Shown here in pieces: positions 1-14,000 of a stretch of DNA of 64,000 bases. How positions within the stretch are numbered: the stretch's first letter is position 1; every line of letters begins with the position of its first letter. A program made the translations under genes and the position numbers. This DNA is from Lophium mytilinum (Eukaryota): positions 194,882-258,881 of the forward strand of contig MU004192.1 in NCBI GenBank assembly GCA_010093605.1, written 5' to 3'. The notes under the pieces are model-generated. The model saw only the letters and a program-made list of their open reading frames with translations, made no database searches and was not told the DNA's origin.

Positions 1-1490
1 AGGTCTAGAGTATACTAGAGTAGATAATAAGGTTTACTAGGTTCTTTCTATAAGACTATATAACTAGGCTCTCTATAGAAAGCTATATAGTAGAACTAAT
101 TATAGTTACTATAGGTATTCTATAGGGCTTCTCCCTATTACCTATTCTCTTTCTCTTCTTTACTAGTATACTACTACTAACCCTTTAGAACAGTAATATA
201 ATAGCCTACAGATTTATAGATAATATAAATATCCTTATATATAGTAGAACTATAGAGGTAAACTATAGGGCTATTAAGAGAGCCTATAATAGATGCATAG
301 AATAGATAAAAAAGTATAGCGTAGTATTCGCACTAGATAAATATTATCTAATATACTTTATAAGAGCCCGTAAAGAAGTTAACCTAAAAGCTATAGTTAA
401 TATATAAGGCTTTATAGAGGGCCCTATAATAGACCTAAGAGTACTAGAGGTATAGATAGACTTAAAGCTTAAATAGGGCCCGCATATTAGTATTATAAAG
501 AATAAAGCTATAACCTAGATAGGGGCACTTACGCAGCTTATAGTATCTACCTAGGGCGCTAGCTTTAGAAAAGCACGCCTAATATACTTAGTAGTGGTCC
601 AGCCTACTATTATATATAAATGCACTACCTAGTACACTATACTAGGCATGCTAGAGTAGCTTAGTAAGATAAAGATTAAGTAGCTTAAAATAATCTAGAA
701 CTAATACCTCTAGAGAATCTTAGGGGCCTATAAGACTATAAGCACTATAGTACTAGAATATAAAATATTATGCCTACTACTTTAGCTAAAACTAGAGGAA
801 CTTATAGTGGCTTCCGCGGACTATACACGTAAAGGGCTAGCACGCTAGTATATTAAAACAGCATGCAGTAATATATAATAGGAAATCTATACCTACTATA
901 GGCTACTTATAAGGCTAAAGTATAGCCCTAGCCGCTATAATATACTCTATAACCTTATAGTAAAGGCTATAAGGTTATATACTAAATATAAAGATAAATT
1001 AGATAAAGCCTATAAGCGCTTAAGGCAATTTATAATTAAATGTAAATATAAAGAAAGGTAGAAGAAGGTATAGAAGTTCTTTTATAAAATAGAATAGCGC
1101 AGGCTACTAATACTAGCCCTTAACACTAAATAGAGTAAATAATAGAAGACTATATATAAAGGGCTTATAAAGGTTAAAAGTACTATTCTTATAAATCTAT
1201 AAATAGAGTATATAGGGCTTAATAGATACCTATACTATATACGGGTGCTAGGCTATCTAATACTAGCCTGCCTCTATAGGCACGGCCTCTAATTGCTATA
1301 CTATATAGTAATAAACTACAAGAGGCATATAGAGGGTAGAGGCGAACTATTTAAGAAAGTAAAGACTTAGATATATAAGGAAATATATAAAAGTAAAAAG
1401 GGACCTAAGGTAGTAGCTAGGTAGTTTCTATAGAAAATAGACCTGCTACCCTACCTCTTAATAGCAAGAGAGATAGAAAGGGAGTAGACC
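1..1490 (+). mobile_element. LINE (Tad1/I-like) ORF2 relic: reverse transcriptase and C-terminal CCHC region, 5' part outside window
   Basis: Hand translation gives GIL*GFSLLPILFLFF (=GIPQGSPLSPILF, ~114-160), FIDNINIL (=FVDD, ~212-235), FALDKYYLIYF, LK*GPHI, ST*GASFRKARLIY, and ACLYRHGL*LLYYIVINY (=CxCG..Q...H....C, ~1,265-1,320). Confidence 0.9.
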
Positions 1491-1520
1491 TAGCCCTCCC
1501 GCTTAATACTATAGCCCTGC

Positions 1521-1670
1521 TATTACCTACAGCCTTACTATAACTAACAGCCTTATTATAACTAACAGCCTTACTATTACTAATAGCCTTACTATTACCT
1601 ATAGCCTTACTATTACCTATAGCCTTACTATTACCTATAGCCTTATATTATCTATAGCCTTACTATTACC
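1521..1670 (+). repeat. Tandem repeat, ~8 copies of 18 bp (TATTACCTATAGCCTTAC-like), in the LINE 3' region
   Basis: Directly visible repeat units immediately after the end of LINE ORF2. Confidence 0.85.
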
Positions 1671-2899
1671 CCTAACTATACTATAGCGGGCCTTAGCGCC
1701 CCCTCTTAACTAGTACTTAGTATAGATAGTTAGCTTTAGATCTCTACTATATACCCTGTAATATATACTTTCTATATACTTTCTATCCCTTATAGCCCTT
1801 TTATTTCTAAATAGCCTACCTACTTTACAATAGTATATACACGCGGCTTTCTTTCTTCCGCTATTAGTTAGTTATACTATAAGGGCTTATACTTACTATA
1901 AGCGGCTATATACTTTTTAATTATAGACTATAAACTATATACTCTATACTCTTAGCCCTTCTATAGCTATTAGCTATACTATAGAGGCTTATACGTGCTA
2001 CTACGGCTATAAACCCTATATAGCCGCTTGCAGCCCTTCTACTCTTATAGCCTGCCTATAAACTATATACTTTCTATATACCTCTACTATATACTACCTA
2101 TATACTATATAGCCTTTCTATCTCTAATAGCCTATACGGCCACTATTTATTTTACCTTATTACCTTAGATAAAGGCCCTGTAAGCGCACTACTTATACGC
2201 GGGCTCTTACGCTAATTCTATACCAGCCTCGCATCTAGATTCTACTCGGCCTAAACCTAGAAGGACAATAATAAACCTTCCCGGATAGATATAGAAAGAT
2301 ATATCTTAATAGCTTATTCTATAGTAGTTCTTATAGACCTACTATATATTCCCTATAGTAAAATATAAAGAAGAAGGGCGCCTAACACTAGATATAATAG
2401 AGGACGAGGTTTTTACCTAAATACTGCCTAGCAGTAAACGGTTTCCCCTTATAAATTAGCCTAGATAGAATAGCTATATAGACCCTAACGGGAGCTATAC
2501 TAGCGTAATAGAATTTAATAATAATAAAATAGATTATTATTATTATAGTTAATATTATTATTATTATTACCTTAAACTAGCTATACTATAATAACCTTAT
2601 TAGTAGCTATAATATTCTTATTAGCTAATAGAGCTATAAAAATCTTATTAGCGTTACCGGATAGCGCTATAAAGTTCTTATTAGCGCTTCTATTACTATT
2701 ACTATTATTACTAGCATAGTTATAGCTGCGTAGCCTAGCGGGGGCAAGTTAAAGAGGTAAGAGAAAGAGAGAATATATTTTAAGAGAGGACTATAGTAAG
2801 GTTAGTAGAAGAGGTTTAAGTTCCTTAGTATAAGAAACTAGTCTATTTTAGTAAAGTGCATGGAATAGCCTAAGAAAGCTAGGCTTACTTAGCTTAGCG

Positions 2900-5800
2900 T
2901 TATTAAGGGAGAGTAATTTACTATTTAGTATAACTTCTAGACTAAGGTTATAAGATTTAAGTACTATTTAATATTAAAACTAATTTTATAGATTATTAGA
3001 GCTATAAGGTAGATTCTATAAGTAGCGCATAAGGCTATTAGGCTTACCGCCTAGAATACCTAGGCGGTATATAATTTTAAAGTTAAATCTAGTAAGAAAC
3101 TCTACCTAGCATACTTAACGGCGGTTAAGTTCTTTAGTAGTTATAAACTATTTAAGGTTATAATAATCTATAAGAATATTAGTTAGATTCTTAGGGTCTA
3201 TACTTATAAGCTCTAGTTACTATTCTTTAAAGGCTTTAATAATAGTAAGTAGTTCTTTATTATAGATTTTATAGTTATATTTAGCTAGTAATATTTTAGA
3301 AAAAAAGAAGGCAACTAGGTAAAGAAGGCTATTAGGCCTAATCTAGAATATAATACTAGCTATTATATAATTAGAAGTATTAGTTTTAAGAAAGACCTTC
3401 TTACTATACTAGAAGTATATAAGAATAGGTACTTCTATAAATACTTTTTTAAGCGCGCGGAAGCCCTTTTTATAGGCTTCTATCTATAAAAAATAGGGTT
3501 TCTTCTATTCTTCTTAGAGTTTTATTATATTAGTAAGAGGTTTAATAATTTATAAGAACCTATTAATAAACTATTAGTAGAAATTAGATAGTCTAATAAA
3601 GGCTTAGATATCTTTAATATAATTTAGTATAGTCTACTTAAGAATAGTAGTAACTTTTTCTAGATCTATATAGATTCTATTTATAGAAATAATTAATTCT
3701 AGATAGATAACTTCCTTTTAGTTAAACACGCACTTAGATAGGTTAATATATAGACCTGCTACTTTAAGGTATTTAAGGATAGTAGCTATATAGGCCTTAT
3801 AATTCTCTTTTAAACCTTCTATATAAATAAGAATATTATCTAGGTATACTATATAGAATTTATTAAGAAAATTATATAGCGTATAATTAATAAAGAATTA
3901 AAAGGTTCTAGGGCCCCCTATAATACTAAAGAATATAATAAGGGACTTATATTTACTATAGCGTATTATAAAGGCTATTTTATATTTATAGCTAGGGGCT
4001 ATATAGACTTTATTAAAGGCCGCGATAATATTAAGCTTAGTAAACTACTTAGCTTTACTAAGGTAGTAGAGAGTTTTCTAGATAAGCGGGATTAGGTATT
4101 ATATTTTAATAGTAAGGGTGTTAATAGCTCTATAGTTAATATAGAACTAAATACTGCCCCCTAGCTTATATATAAGAAGAATAGGTAAAGAAACTTATAA
4201 TTATAATTATCTAATATAGCCCTTAGCTAGATTATTATTAAGCTATTTCTTAATAATATAGAGTTTATTAGTAGATATAGAGTATAGGCGGGCTTTAGAT
4301 AGCTTACTAAGGTTAACGCTATTAACCTAGTTAATTTTATAGTTAATACCGGGTCTATATAGAGGAAGTATATCTATATTAACTTAGTTAAATATATAAA
4401 TATATTTATATAGGCTAGGGGGAAGTTTTATAAATATCTTCTCTTTAGTATAATATTACTTAACTTCTATAAACTTCTTAATATTATATATAGCTAGTTT
4501 ATAGAGATAGATAGATATATTACTTATTTATAGGGCTATAACCTAGAGGTAGTTAGAATAGAGTAAGAAGTCCTTACTAGTATTAGTAAGGTTAGTAGTA
4601 ATATATTAAGGTAAGTTATTAAGCTAATCTTCTTTAATAGTAGCTATATAGTATATAGTAAGGTAAGCTATAACGCCTATTCTCTATATAGAGTCTATAG
4701 AATTAAAGGATATTAGAATATANNNNNNNNNNNNNNNNNNNNNNNNNNNNNNNNNNNNNNNNNNNNNNNNNNNNNNNNNNNNNNNNNNNNNNNNNNNNNN
4801 NNNNNNNNNNNNNNNNNNNNNNNNNNNNNNNNNNNNNNNNNNNNNNNNNNNNNNNNNNNNNNNNNNNNNNNNNNNNNNNNNNNNNNNNNNNNTAAGTAGT
4901 ATCTATAAATTTATTAGTTACTCTAGTATTACTATAAAGGTATTCTTTAATTATATCTAGTAGTTATTCTTTATAGAAACGCTAGACTTTAGCTAGAACT
5001 AGAAAGCTATAGAGGGTCTTTTTATTAGTTTAACCTACTTAAATATTATTACTAAGAGAGGCAGCTAAAATAACTAACCTTCTTAACTATAACTATATAG
5101 ATTCTTTATTTTTATAGTATTAGACTACTTAAGTAATAATACACCCTAGATCGCGACTATAATCTAGAACTAAGTATTTTCTAAATAGAAATAGCTCTAG
5201 TTTTAGGGTTAGCTATAGCCTATAAATAGTCCTCCTGCGCCTCTAAATAAGATAGAAGTATTAATACCTACTTTAGTAGAAGCTAGAGTAAATATAGTAG
5301 GCGTATAGTTAGATAAAGTATATATAGATAGAGGCGTGTATATAAATAGAGTATATATAGATAGAGCTAGAGTTATAATATTATTAGAATATATACTAAT
5401 ACTATATAGGGCGAGTATAGAGCGCTCTATAGAATACTACTAGTTAGTAGAAGTATAGCCTATAAGTTAGTAGTAGAAGTAATAGTTCTTACTTATAAGC
5501 TAATACTTTTAATTATCTATAAGGCGGCCTAGGGCAGGGCGCTACTAATTAGTAGAGATATTAATAGAAAAGTTTATAGCTTTATATATCTATAGCATAG
5601 ATATCTAGTAATTCTAGCTAGGTATATTTATTATATTCTAGCCTTATTTTTAGCTCTAGTTATTCTAGTAGCCTTAATTTTAAGAGACCTAATTCTAAGT
5701 AGCTTAGAATTAACCTATTAGAGTCTAATTAGTAGGGTTCTAATTAGAAGGGTTCTATAGGCGGTTACTATAGTAGCTACTATAGTAGCTATTATTAGTC

Positions 5801-7840
5801 TAGAAGTTATTAGGCTATTAGCTATACTATTTAGGCTAGTTATATAGTTAGTATAGCTAGATATAGTTAACTATAGCTTAGTCTAGAAGCTAGTTATAGT
5901 AAGTATTAATAACTTTATATTCTTTCTTATAATATTTCCCTAGAATACCTATAGGCTTAGTAATACTAGGGCGGATTTTTACCTTAAGCGCGGTAATATT
6001 CTAATAGTATTCTTAGTTTAGTAGTTATACTATAAGCGCTTAGTATTTTATATAGAATATATTAAGGTTATTATTACTCTAAATTAGTTAGTTAAGTTAC
6101 TAGAAAGTAATAGCTTTAGAGTTATATAGTAGGTTCTTAATATTAAGGCGCTTAATAGCTTTATTAAGAGTATAAAAGGGCTAATAGCCTATTATCTATA
6201 CTATATAGTTGCTAAGAGGTATACTAGTAAAGTATATACTAAGAAAGTAGAGGCGGAAGCCTTTATTATATTAGTAGAGGTAGCTACTATAAGTAAACTT
6301 ACTAAGAATCTAGTAACGCTAGGTAATATATTTAGCTTTATTACTATTATACTTAGGGGGGTATAGTATAGTCTTATCTTTATTTTAATTAGCGCAGGTT
6401 CTATAGTTAATATTATATAGAGGTAGTAGAGCGCTATCTAGTTTTATATAAGGTAGCGTATATAGTTAAAAGGCGTAAATTAGATTATAGTTATAGGAGT
6501 CCTTATTATTATTACTATTACTAGAATTAAAGGGGGGTCTATTACCGCCCCTAGTAGAGTATAGATAGTTCTATTAACTATAGGGGGGCTTATTAGGGCG
6601 GCGGAGTAGTAAGAGTTCTAGTTAGTAGTAGTTATAGCCGCGTAAATAATTATAGCTAGCTAGTAGAATAAAAGGGCGCTATATAGACTTAGTACCTTTT
6701 TTAGCTATAATATAGGCTATAAGCTTATATTAATAGCTTATAGTAGCGGCAAGCTATATAGTAATCTTAGAGGAAGGGCTATTAGCGCGGGCTATAGAGC
6801 TATAAATAGTAGTATTCTAGAGACTATTAATATAGACTTTAGTAGTAGTAAGAGCTTTCTTAATATTCTTAATATAGGCTTTAAGCTTAGTAATATACTT
6901 AGCTAAAGCTTTACTATAGGCCTTAAGCTTAGTAATATACTTTACTACTATTATATTAATAGTATCTATTTAGGTAGTAAATACTACTATATTAGTAATA
7001 TATTTATATATAATTTTATCTTTAGCGTTCCTAGTATAGATAGTATTATCTTTATCTTAGATAGTATTATCGCGGTTATTATAGAGGTTAGAAAGGTTAG
7101 ACTAGTATTTAAATTTTATATTAGTAATAGTCTTTTCTAGCTACTTAATATTATCTTTTATAGCCTAGAGGTAGTTATCTTATTACTTAATTATATTATA
7201 AGCTTACTTATTAAGCTTAGCCTAAGCCTCTATAGAGGCCTTATTACACTTAAGATAGTTATATAGTTAATAGATCTTAGCTTTATATAAATAGGTTAAT
7301 TTAAAGGCTATTACCTTATTTTTAGTAATAAAGTCTATAAAGGCTTTAGTATCTAGAACTTTATATATAATAGAAGCTTTATTAGTATCTTACTTATTAA
7401 TAGTAGAATAATTAATAAGCTTATTTACTTTAAGAATAGAAGTCTTAAAGGCGCTAGGTATCTTAAAGTAGTAGATATAGCTACTAGAGTTAGGTTAATT
7501 AGGGTATTTCTAAAGCTTATTATCTTTAAAAATAGTATCGCCTTTAGTAAGGCCTTTAGTAAGATTATCTTAGGTATTATTATTATAGCTGCGCGCGCGC
7601 TGTAAGTTTCTAGTAATTATCTAGAATTCCTTAGTAGTATTAGTATTCTAGAAGTTCTAAGTTAAGGCCTAGAAGTCTAAGGGTATAAGAATAGTATACT
7701 ATAAGAGAAGATTATATAGCTTTTATATACTAGTTATACTAAGGGGATTAGAGTTATTAGCTAAGCGTACTCTATTTTTAGCTAGATTCTTAAGAGATTC
7801 TTAGTTATAAAGAGAAGATATAAACTTAGTAATATTATAG
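2900..7840 (-). mobile_element. Ty3/Gypsy LTR-retrotransposon relic 1 (gag-like region, RT, RNase H; integrase not found)
   Basis: Minus strand reads FYIVYLDNILIY (YLDD motif, ~3,823-3,860) and RNase H NYKIYNKELLTIIKAFKE...DYYNL...LNRR*VC*VEFL (~3,050-3,300). Interrupted by an N gap. Outer limits approximate. Confidence 0.85.
4723..4892. other. Assembly gap (N run)
   Basis: Run of N characters. Confidence 1.
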
Positions 7841-7845
7841 TAACC

Positions 7846-8045
7846 TATTAGGGCTTAAGGTTAGAATATTAGAATTATTAAATTAAATAGTATTAATATT
7901 AACAAAAGATAAATATAAGAGAGAAAGAGGTTCCTAGAATAGACGTTATAATAACCTAAAGGGCGGAGCAACGTTTACCTGTTCTATAGAGCCTCTATTA
8001 TATAACCTCTAGTTATATATTATACGTAATTATATAGCTATAATA
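7846..8045 (-). repeat. 3' LTR of Gypsy element 2 (200 bp)
   Basis: TATTAGGGCTTAAGG...GCTATAATA, a RIP form of TG...CA. Near-identical to 42,890-43,089 and adjacent to the PPT. Confidence 0.95.
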
Positions 8046-11000
8046 TATCTCCCCCCTCTAAAAAAGCCCTCTAATTAAAGCCTTCTTTTTATAAGAGAGT
8101 TCTTTCTATACTAGAGTATCTATAATTACTTAAATATCTATTAAATAAAGTGCTAGGTTATGCTATAGTTATAATTTAAATAAAGGAAATAAATTAATTT
8201 ATAGAGAATTACTTATCCTTTCTATTTTTATATAGCCTTCTATAGCCTTACTATTTAGTATAGTATTATATAGCTACTTTATTAGTCTATTAGTATTACT
8301 ATATATAGTATTACTATGCGCAGTATTACTATACGCAGTATTACTATTTTATTATTTATCTAGACTAGGGCCGGCTATAATAGAGCTATAAGGAGCTATA
8401 TAGCTTTTATAGCTACTAGCCTACTACTAGGTACTTATAATAATCTACGCTATTATATTACATTTAATTATTATATACATCTATAGTTAGGCCTTCTTAA
8501 TAAATTAATTTAACCGCTAGTCTAGTAATTAAATTATATAGCTTCCGTAGTATTAGTTATATAGAGGTCTATTATAGTAAGAATAGTAGCTAAGGTTAGT
8601 TTCTAGTCTAATAGTAATTAGAATAATAAGTAAGGGCCTAGTTTCTTAGAGTATTAGTAGTAGAAATCTATAATAAGGTGCGGGCAACTATTAGCGTAGT
8701 TATAGTTATTCTATTAGGGCTTATTATTCTATCTAATAAACTTAATCTTATATTATAGTATGCCCCTTTTTCTAGTAGTAGAATTAAGATATCTTCTATC
8801 TAGATAGCTATCTATAACCTTTTTAGCATTACCTTTCTAATATATAGGTGTTATTTAAATAGGGGGAGGCTTAGAATTATATTATCCTTTTATAGAAATA
8901 GTGTTAGCTAGATAGAGAAGCTATAGGTAAAATATTAGATAGATATTCTCTATACCTTTTAGTAGGTTAAGCTTGTACGCGTTTCTATTTTTATAGCTCT
9001 CTAGGATCTTAAAGAGGCCTAGCTTCTTAAAGTTAAGCTTCTTATTTAGTTATATTATTTTAATAAAGCGTCTATCTAGCATAACTTAATTACCTAGATA
9101 ATACATCTAAGCTAGTTATTATCTAGTGTTAGCGTATTTCTTTTACTTAGCCTAGGCCTATTTAATTTCCGTGCGGAGGAACGCGCGTAACCTATCTAGC
9201 TTATTAATAAGTTTATCCGCTAGCTTAGTAAGTTAAACTATTAGTATAGTTGTATCCTATAGTAAATATACAGCTAGTGCGGTGCCTGCGCTAGGAATAT
9301 AGCCTTTAGTAGCTATAAAGGGGGCTACTCTAGTAGAGGCATTTCTTAATAAGTTAGCTTTAAATTTAGCTATAGTAAGAAAGTTATACTAGTTATCTTA
9401 CTAGTAGTTAATATATACTCTAAGGTACTATTTTAAGCCTATATTAGTAATCTCTATCTATCTATCTATTTTAGGGTAAAAGGTAGTAGAGAGCTTTAGC
9501 TTTATACTAATATACTTATATAGGCGAGACTAGAAGATTAAGATAAATTATATTCCTCTATTAGAAATAATAGACTATAGGTACTCTTTAGTATACTATA
9601 CCTATTTAAGAAAGGCTTATACTACTTTCTTAGTATCTATTATAACTATTAGAATAAACTTGCATATTTTAGAGAGTCTATTAATAATAACTATAATATA
9701 TTAGTAATCTTATCTAAATTATAAGTATATTAGTAGGGGGCCAATAAAATTAACTATAAGATTAGTCTAGTATTACTTAGAAATAGAAAGTAGTTTAAGA
9801 AAGCCTTACTTTATATTGCGTGCATGCTTAATATAATTATATAGCTAGCAGGCCTTAATATAATAGTTAATATTATTAGTTATTTATAGCTAGAAGTAAT
9901 ATATTAAAACCCGGTTATATATAGACGTAGTTCTACTATAGCTAACTAGGGGAGGTTTATATAGACTTTTAATAATAGCTAATTATAGTTCCTCTTTAGT
10001 AGAAATATATAGGTAGTCCTTCTAAATAAAAATAAGGCTATTATAAATTATATAGTTGTAAAGCTTAAGCTTAACACTATAATTTTTAACTATATTAGTA
10101 GGTAGGCGGCGTAGCTTAGCTCTAATAGCGTCTTTAATAGCGTTGCTAATAGTATTATTAATAAGGGCTTCTCTTATATAATCTACTATATCTTACTCTA
10201 TAGCACTATTAGTAGGGTTACTCTATAACTCCCCCTACCTTAGTAACTTCTATAGTTCTTTATTAAGGTTACTCTAAGACTCCCCCTAATTAAGTTCTAC
10301 TTTACTAAAGTTATATAATATTACTAAGAGGGAAACTATATTATAGGTAACACTATTAGTTATAATATAAGCTAGTTTAATAGCGTAATATATTTCTAGT
10401 TCTAGGTTATAGTCCTTTAAGATTATTTATTATTAGATTTTATAGCGTTTATTATCTTAATCTAGTATATTACCTAGGCGTCTAGTTAGTAGATTAGCCT
10501 TACTATTATCCTTGCCTGGTTAGTAAGTAATCCGGAAGTTAAACTTAGAGAGAAATTTAGCCTATCTAGCCTATTATTAGTTAAGCTGTTTAGTCTCTAT
10601 AAAGTATTATAAGGTGCAGTAATTAGAAAGAACCTTAATTAGATTACTATAACTATAGCTAGTAAGCTTAGTGCACTATTCTTTAAAGGCGTAAATAATA
10701 GCGAGAAGTTCCTTATTATAGATTTAATAGTTAAGCTAGGCGGCGCTTATCTAATAGGATATAAACGCGATAGGGCGGAGAACGCCGTCTTATATTTAGA
10801 ATAGTATAGTAGCTGTAATAGTATTAGATATATTATATTCTACCTATATCTCTAGGTCTAGATTAAAGTGCGCTATCTAAGAAGCGTTAATAAACGCTTA
10901 TTTTATTTATTTAAAGAAGAAGTCTTCTAAGCTATCTTTCTACTATAGAAAGGTAAACTACTTATAGACCTCTACTCTAGTAAGTCTTATAAGTGGCCCT

Positions 11001-14000
11001 ATAATATTAGAATAGGTAATAATAAATTGCTAGTAGAAGTTATAGAAACCTAGAAAGGCTTATATATTATAGAGGTTCTATAGCTATAGCTAGTTAATAA
11101 CTATATTAACTTTAGCTAGATCTATCTTAAGGCCGTTAACGCTAATAATAACGCTTAGGTACTTAACTTCCTATTTATAGAACTTACATTTTATAATATT
11201 AAGGAATAGGCCAGCTTTATAAAGTTATTAGAGGACCTTCTTAACGTGCCTAATATATTCTTTAAGTATTTTACTAAAGATAAGGATATTATTAAGGTAG
11301 GCTATATAGAAGTTATCTAAATATTCTAAAAGAATATTATTAATAAAGGCTTAGAATGTTGCTAGGGCATTATATAAGCTAAATAGTAGAATAGTAAATT
11401 TAAATAGTCTATATCTAGTAAGAAACGCTATATACTTTTTATTGCCTTCCCGCATCTAAATAGTATTAAAGGCGGTAATAATATTAAACTTTATATAATA
11501 TTAGACGTATTTTAATAAGGCTAGAGTATTCTTTATAGCTAGAGGGATATTCCGGGCCTTAATTATAATAGCGTTAAGGCCTTAATAGTTAATATAGATG
11601 TATAGACCTCTACCTAGTTTATAGATAATAATAACTAGAGCTATATATTAACTATTACTTTTCTAAATATAGCCCTTACTATATATCTTATTAATAAACG
11701 TTTTAATAACTAGTGTCTTGTCTCTTAAGAGCCTGTAGATCTTGCGCGCCGGTACTTTAAATTCTAGCTTAATATTAATATAGTAGTTAATATTAGTACC
11801 GTCTTTTACTTTATAATAGAGTAGAAGTTTATTTACTTTCTTTAAATTCTATATATTAAGAAAGCTATAGTATTCTATAGGTACTAATACTTTAAGTTTA
11901 TTGCGGGTTATTAGCGTACGTTCCATCTTCTTAAAGAATTTCCGTTAGTTATCCTTTAATATTGCGTATAGGCTAATAGCCGCTAGGTTATTAGTAAAAT
12001 TAGCTAGACCTAGAATAATATTGCCTAGTTTATACGGGCGTCTATTAGCGCGCGCTTAGGCTTCTATTTTCTTATCTATAAGCGCTAGCTTAAAATATTT
12101 AGGCTATATATAGATAGTATTCTCTTCTAGTAATTACTAGAAGTTATATAAATACTTATTACTAGATATAGTATTAATATTAAGTACTTTAAAAGTAGTA
12201 AGCTAAGCGTTTAGCTTCTACTAGAATAGGCGCTTACTAGTGCAAGTAATAGGGTCTTTAGACTAGATATAAACTAGTTTATAATTAACTAGATATTAAG
12301 AATAGTAGTAGTCTAAATCTAGCTATATTATTTAGGTACTAAATTTTATATAAGCATTATGTATTACTAGCTAGCCTATACTAAAAATAATATTATAGCT
12401 CTTTAGGTTATAGATTAGAGCCTAGAACTTATTATAGTGGCCTTTAATCTATATAGTAACTTTAGCTGCCCTATTAATAACTAACGTAGAACTATTTAGT
12501 AGTTTAATATTACGCGGGGTAGCCTTATAGATATTAAGCTTATAATATTTTATAAAGCTTATAGAAATAAATATAAAACTACTATATCTAGAGTCTATAA
12601 GAATAGTTAATTTAACTATTCTAGTTAAAGTAATAATCTTATAGTTAAAGTCTATTTATTTACTAGAGAGAGGGGTAAGTCTAACGGCGCATGCGGAAAG
12701 CTTAATAATATTAGGTAGTTTAGAAAGAGGTAGCTTAAGCTCTTAAATACGTGCGAGAACTTAAGCTAGCGTGTCTTCTAACTATCTCTAATAATAACTT
12801 TTATTAGAGATTAAGTATTTTCTAAGCCGTCTAATTAAATTACCTTATTATTATTATTATCTTAGCCTTAGTTATCCTTATATTTATACTTATATTAATA
12901 CTTCTAATTACTACTATAGTTAAAGGCGTTAAGTTTTATACTATTAATGCTAGCAGTAGTAAGGCGCTTATTACGCTAAGCCTTTAATATAGTCTTTCTA
13001 GCTATAGTGCATTTAGAATTACTAGTATAGTAGTTCTTCTTAAAGTAGCTAAAGTATTATTCTTCTTTACTTAGGCGTAAGCAAATATAAGGTAGAACGC
13101 TTAGTAATAGAATAGTAATAGTTTTCTTAACTATAATATAGTTATTAGTCTTAGTTATAGGTACTTTATATTGGGCGCAGTCTTTACGCCGGGCGCAGTT
13201 AGAATTATAATAGCTATCTTGCGTGTATGCGTTATTTAAGTAGCGTGCTAAGATTTATATAGTAAGAAGCTCTTTATTAGCTTATTTTTTATATTAAATA
13301 TAATAACAGTTCTTATATAGGATATTATCTTTAACCTAGTACTAGATTAATAAACTAAAGTTAATATATTCCGTAAGATCTATATATAGTGTTTTCTTAA
13401 GGTAATAGTATTAAGTTGTAAGGCTATTATTAATTTTACTATACTTAAGCCTGTTAAGAACAACATTAAGGCGTTATAGAAAGTTAGCTGTCTTTTTATT
13501 ATATTACTATTTTATGCCCTTACTATTAAGCTAGTTAAGAAGGCAGTTATAATAAATAGTGTTACTCTTTTAAAATATAGCATCTAGGTTCTAGATAAGT
13601 TTCTTAAGTAATTAATATAGGTTAGTAGATATAAGAAGACTATAGTCTTCTATAACCTTATATATACGCCCCTTATAGTAGCTAATAGTAAGCTATATTT
13701 AGGTTATAGCTATAGAGTAAGTCTACTAGTCTACTTAGACTAAGTAAATTAGGTAGTTTTTCTAGGCTATATATACTAAAGCTTCTAATTTAAAGTCCTA
13801 TAGATATATATATTTAGGGCAAGGGCCTTATTATTTAAATTAAGAATAGACGGGCCTATATACTTATAGCTAGGTAAAGCCTTCTAGTTAGCTTAAATCT
13901 AGGTTACCCCCTTCTCCTCTAGCTATTATAAAGTATTAACCTGGAACGCGGTTATATTAAAAGTTATCTAGGTTAAGGGTATATAGACCTACTAGTAGTA

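Noticed and set aside
1521..1670. CRISPR-like array
   Set aside because: Contiguous tandem units without unique spacers, in a eukaryotic LINE 3' region.
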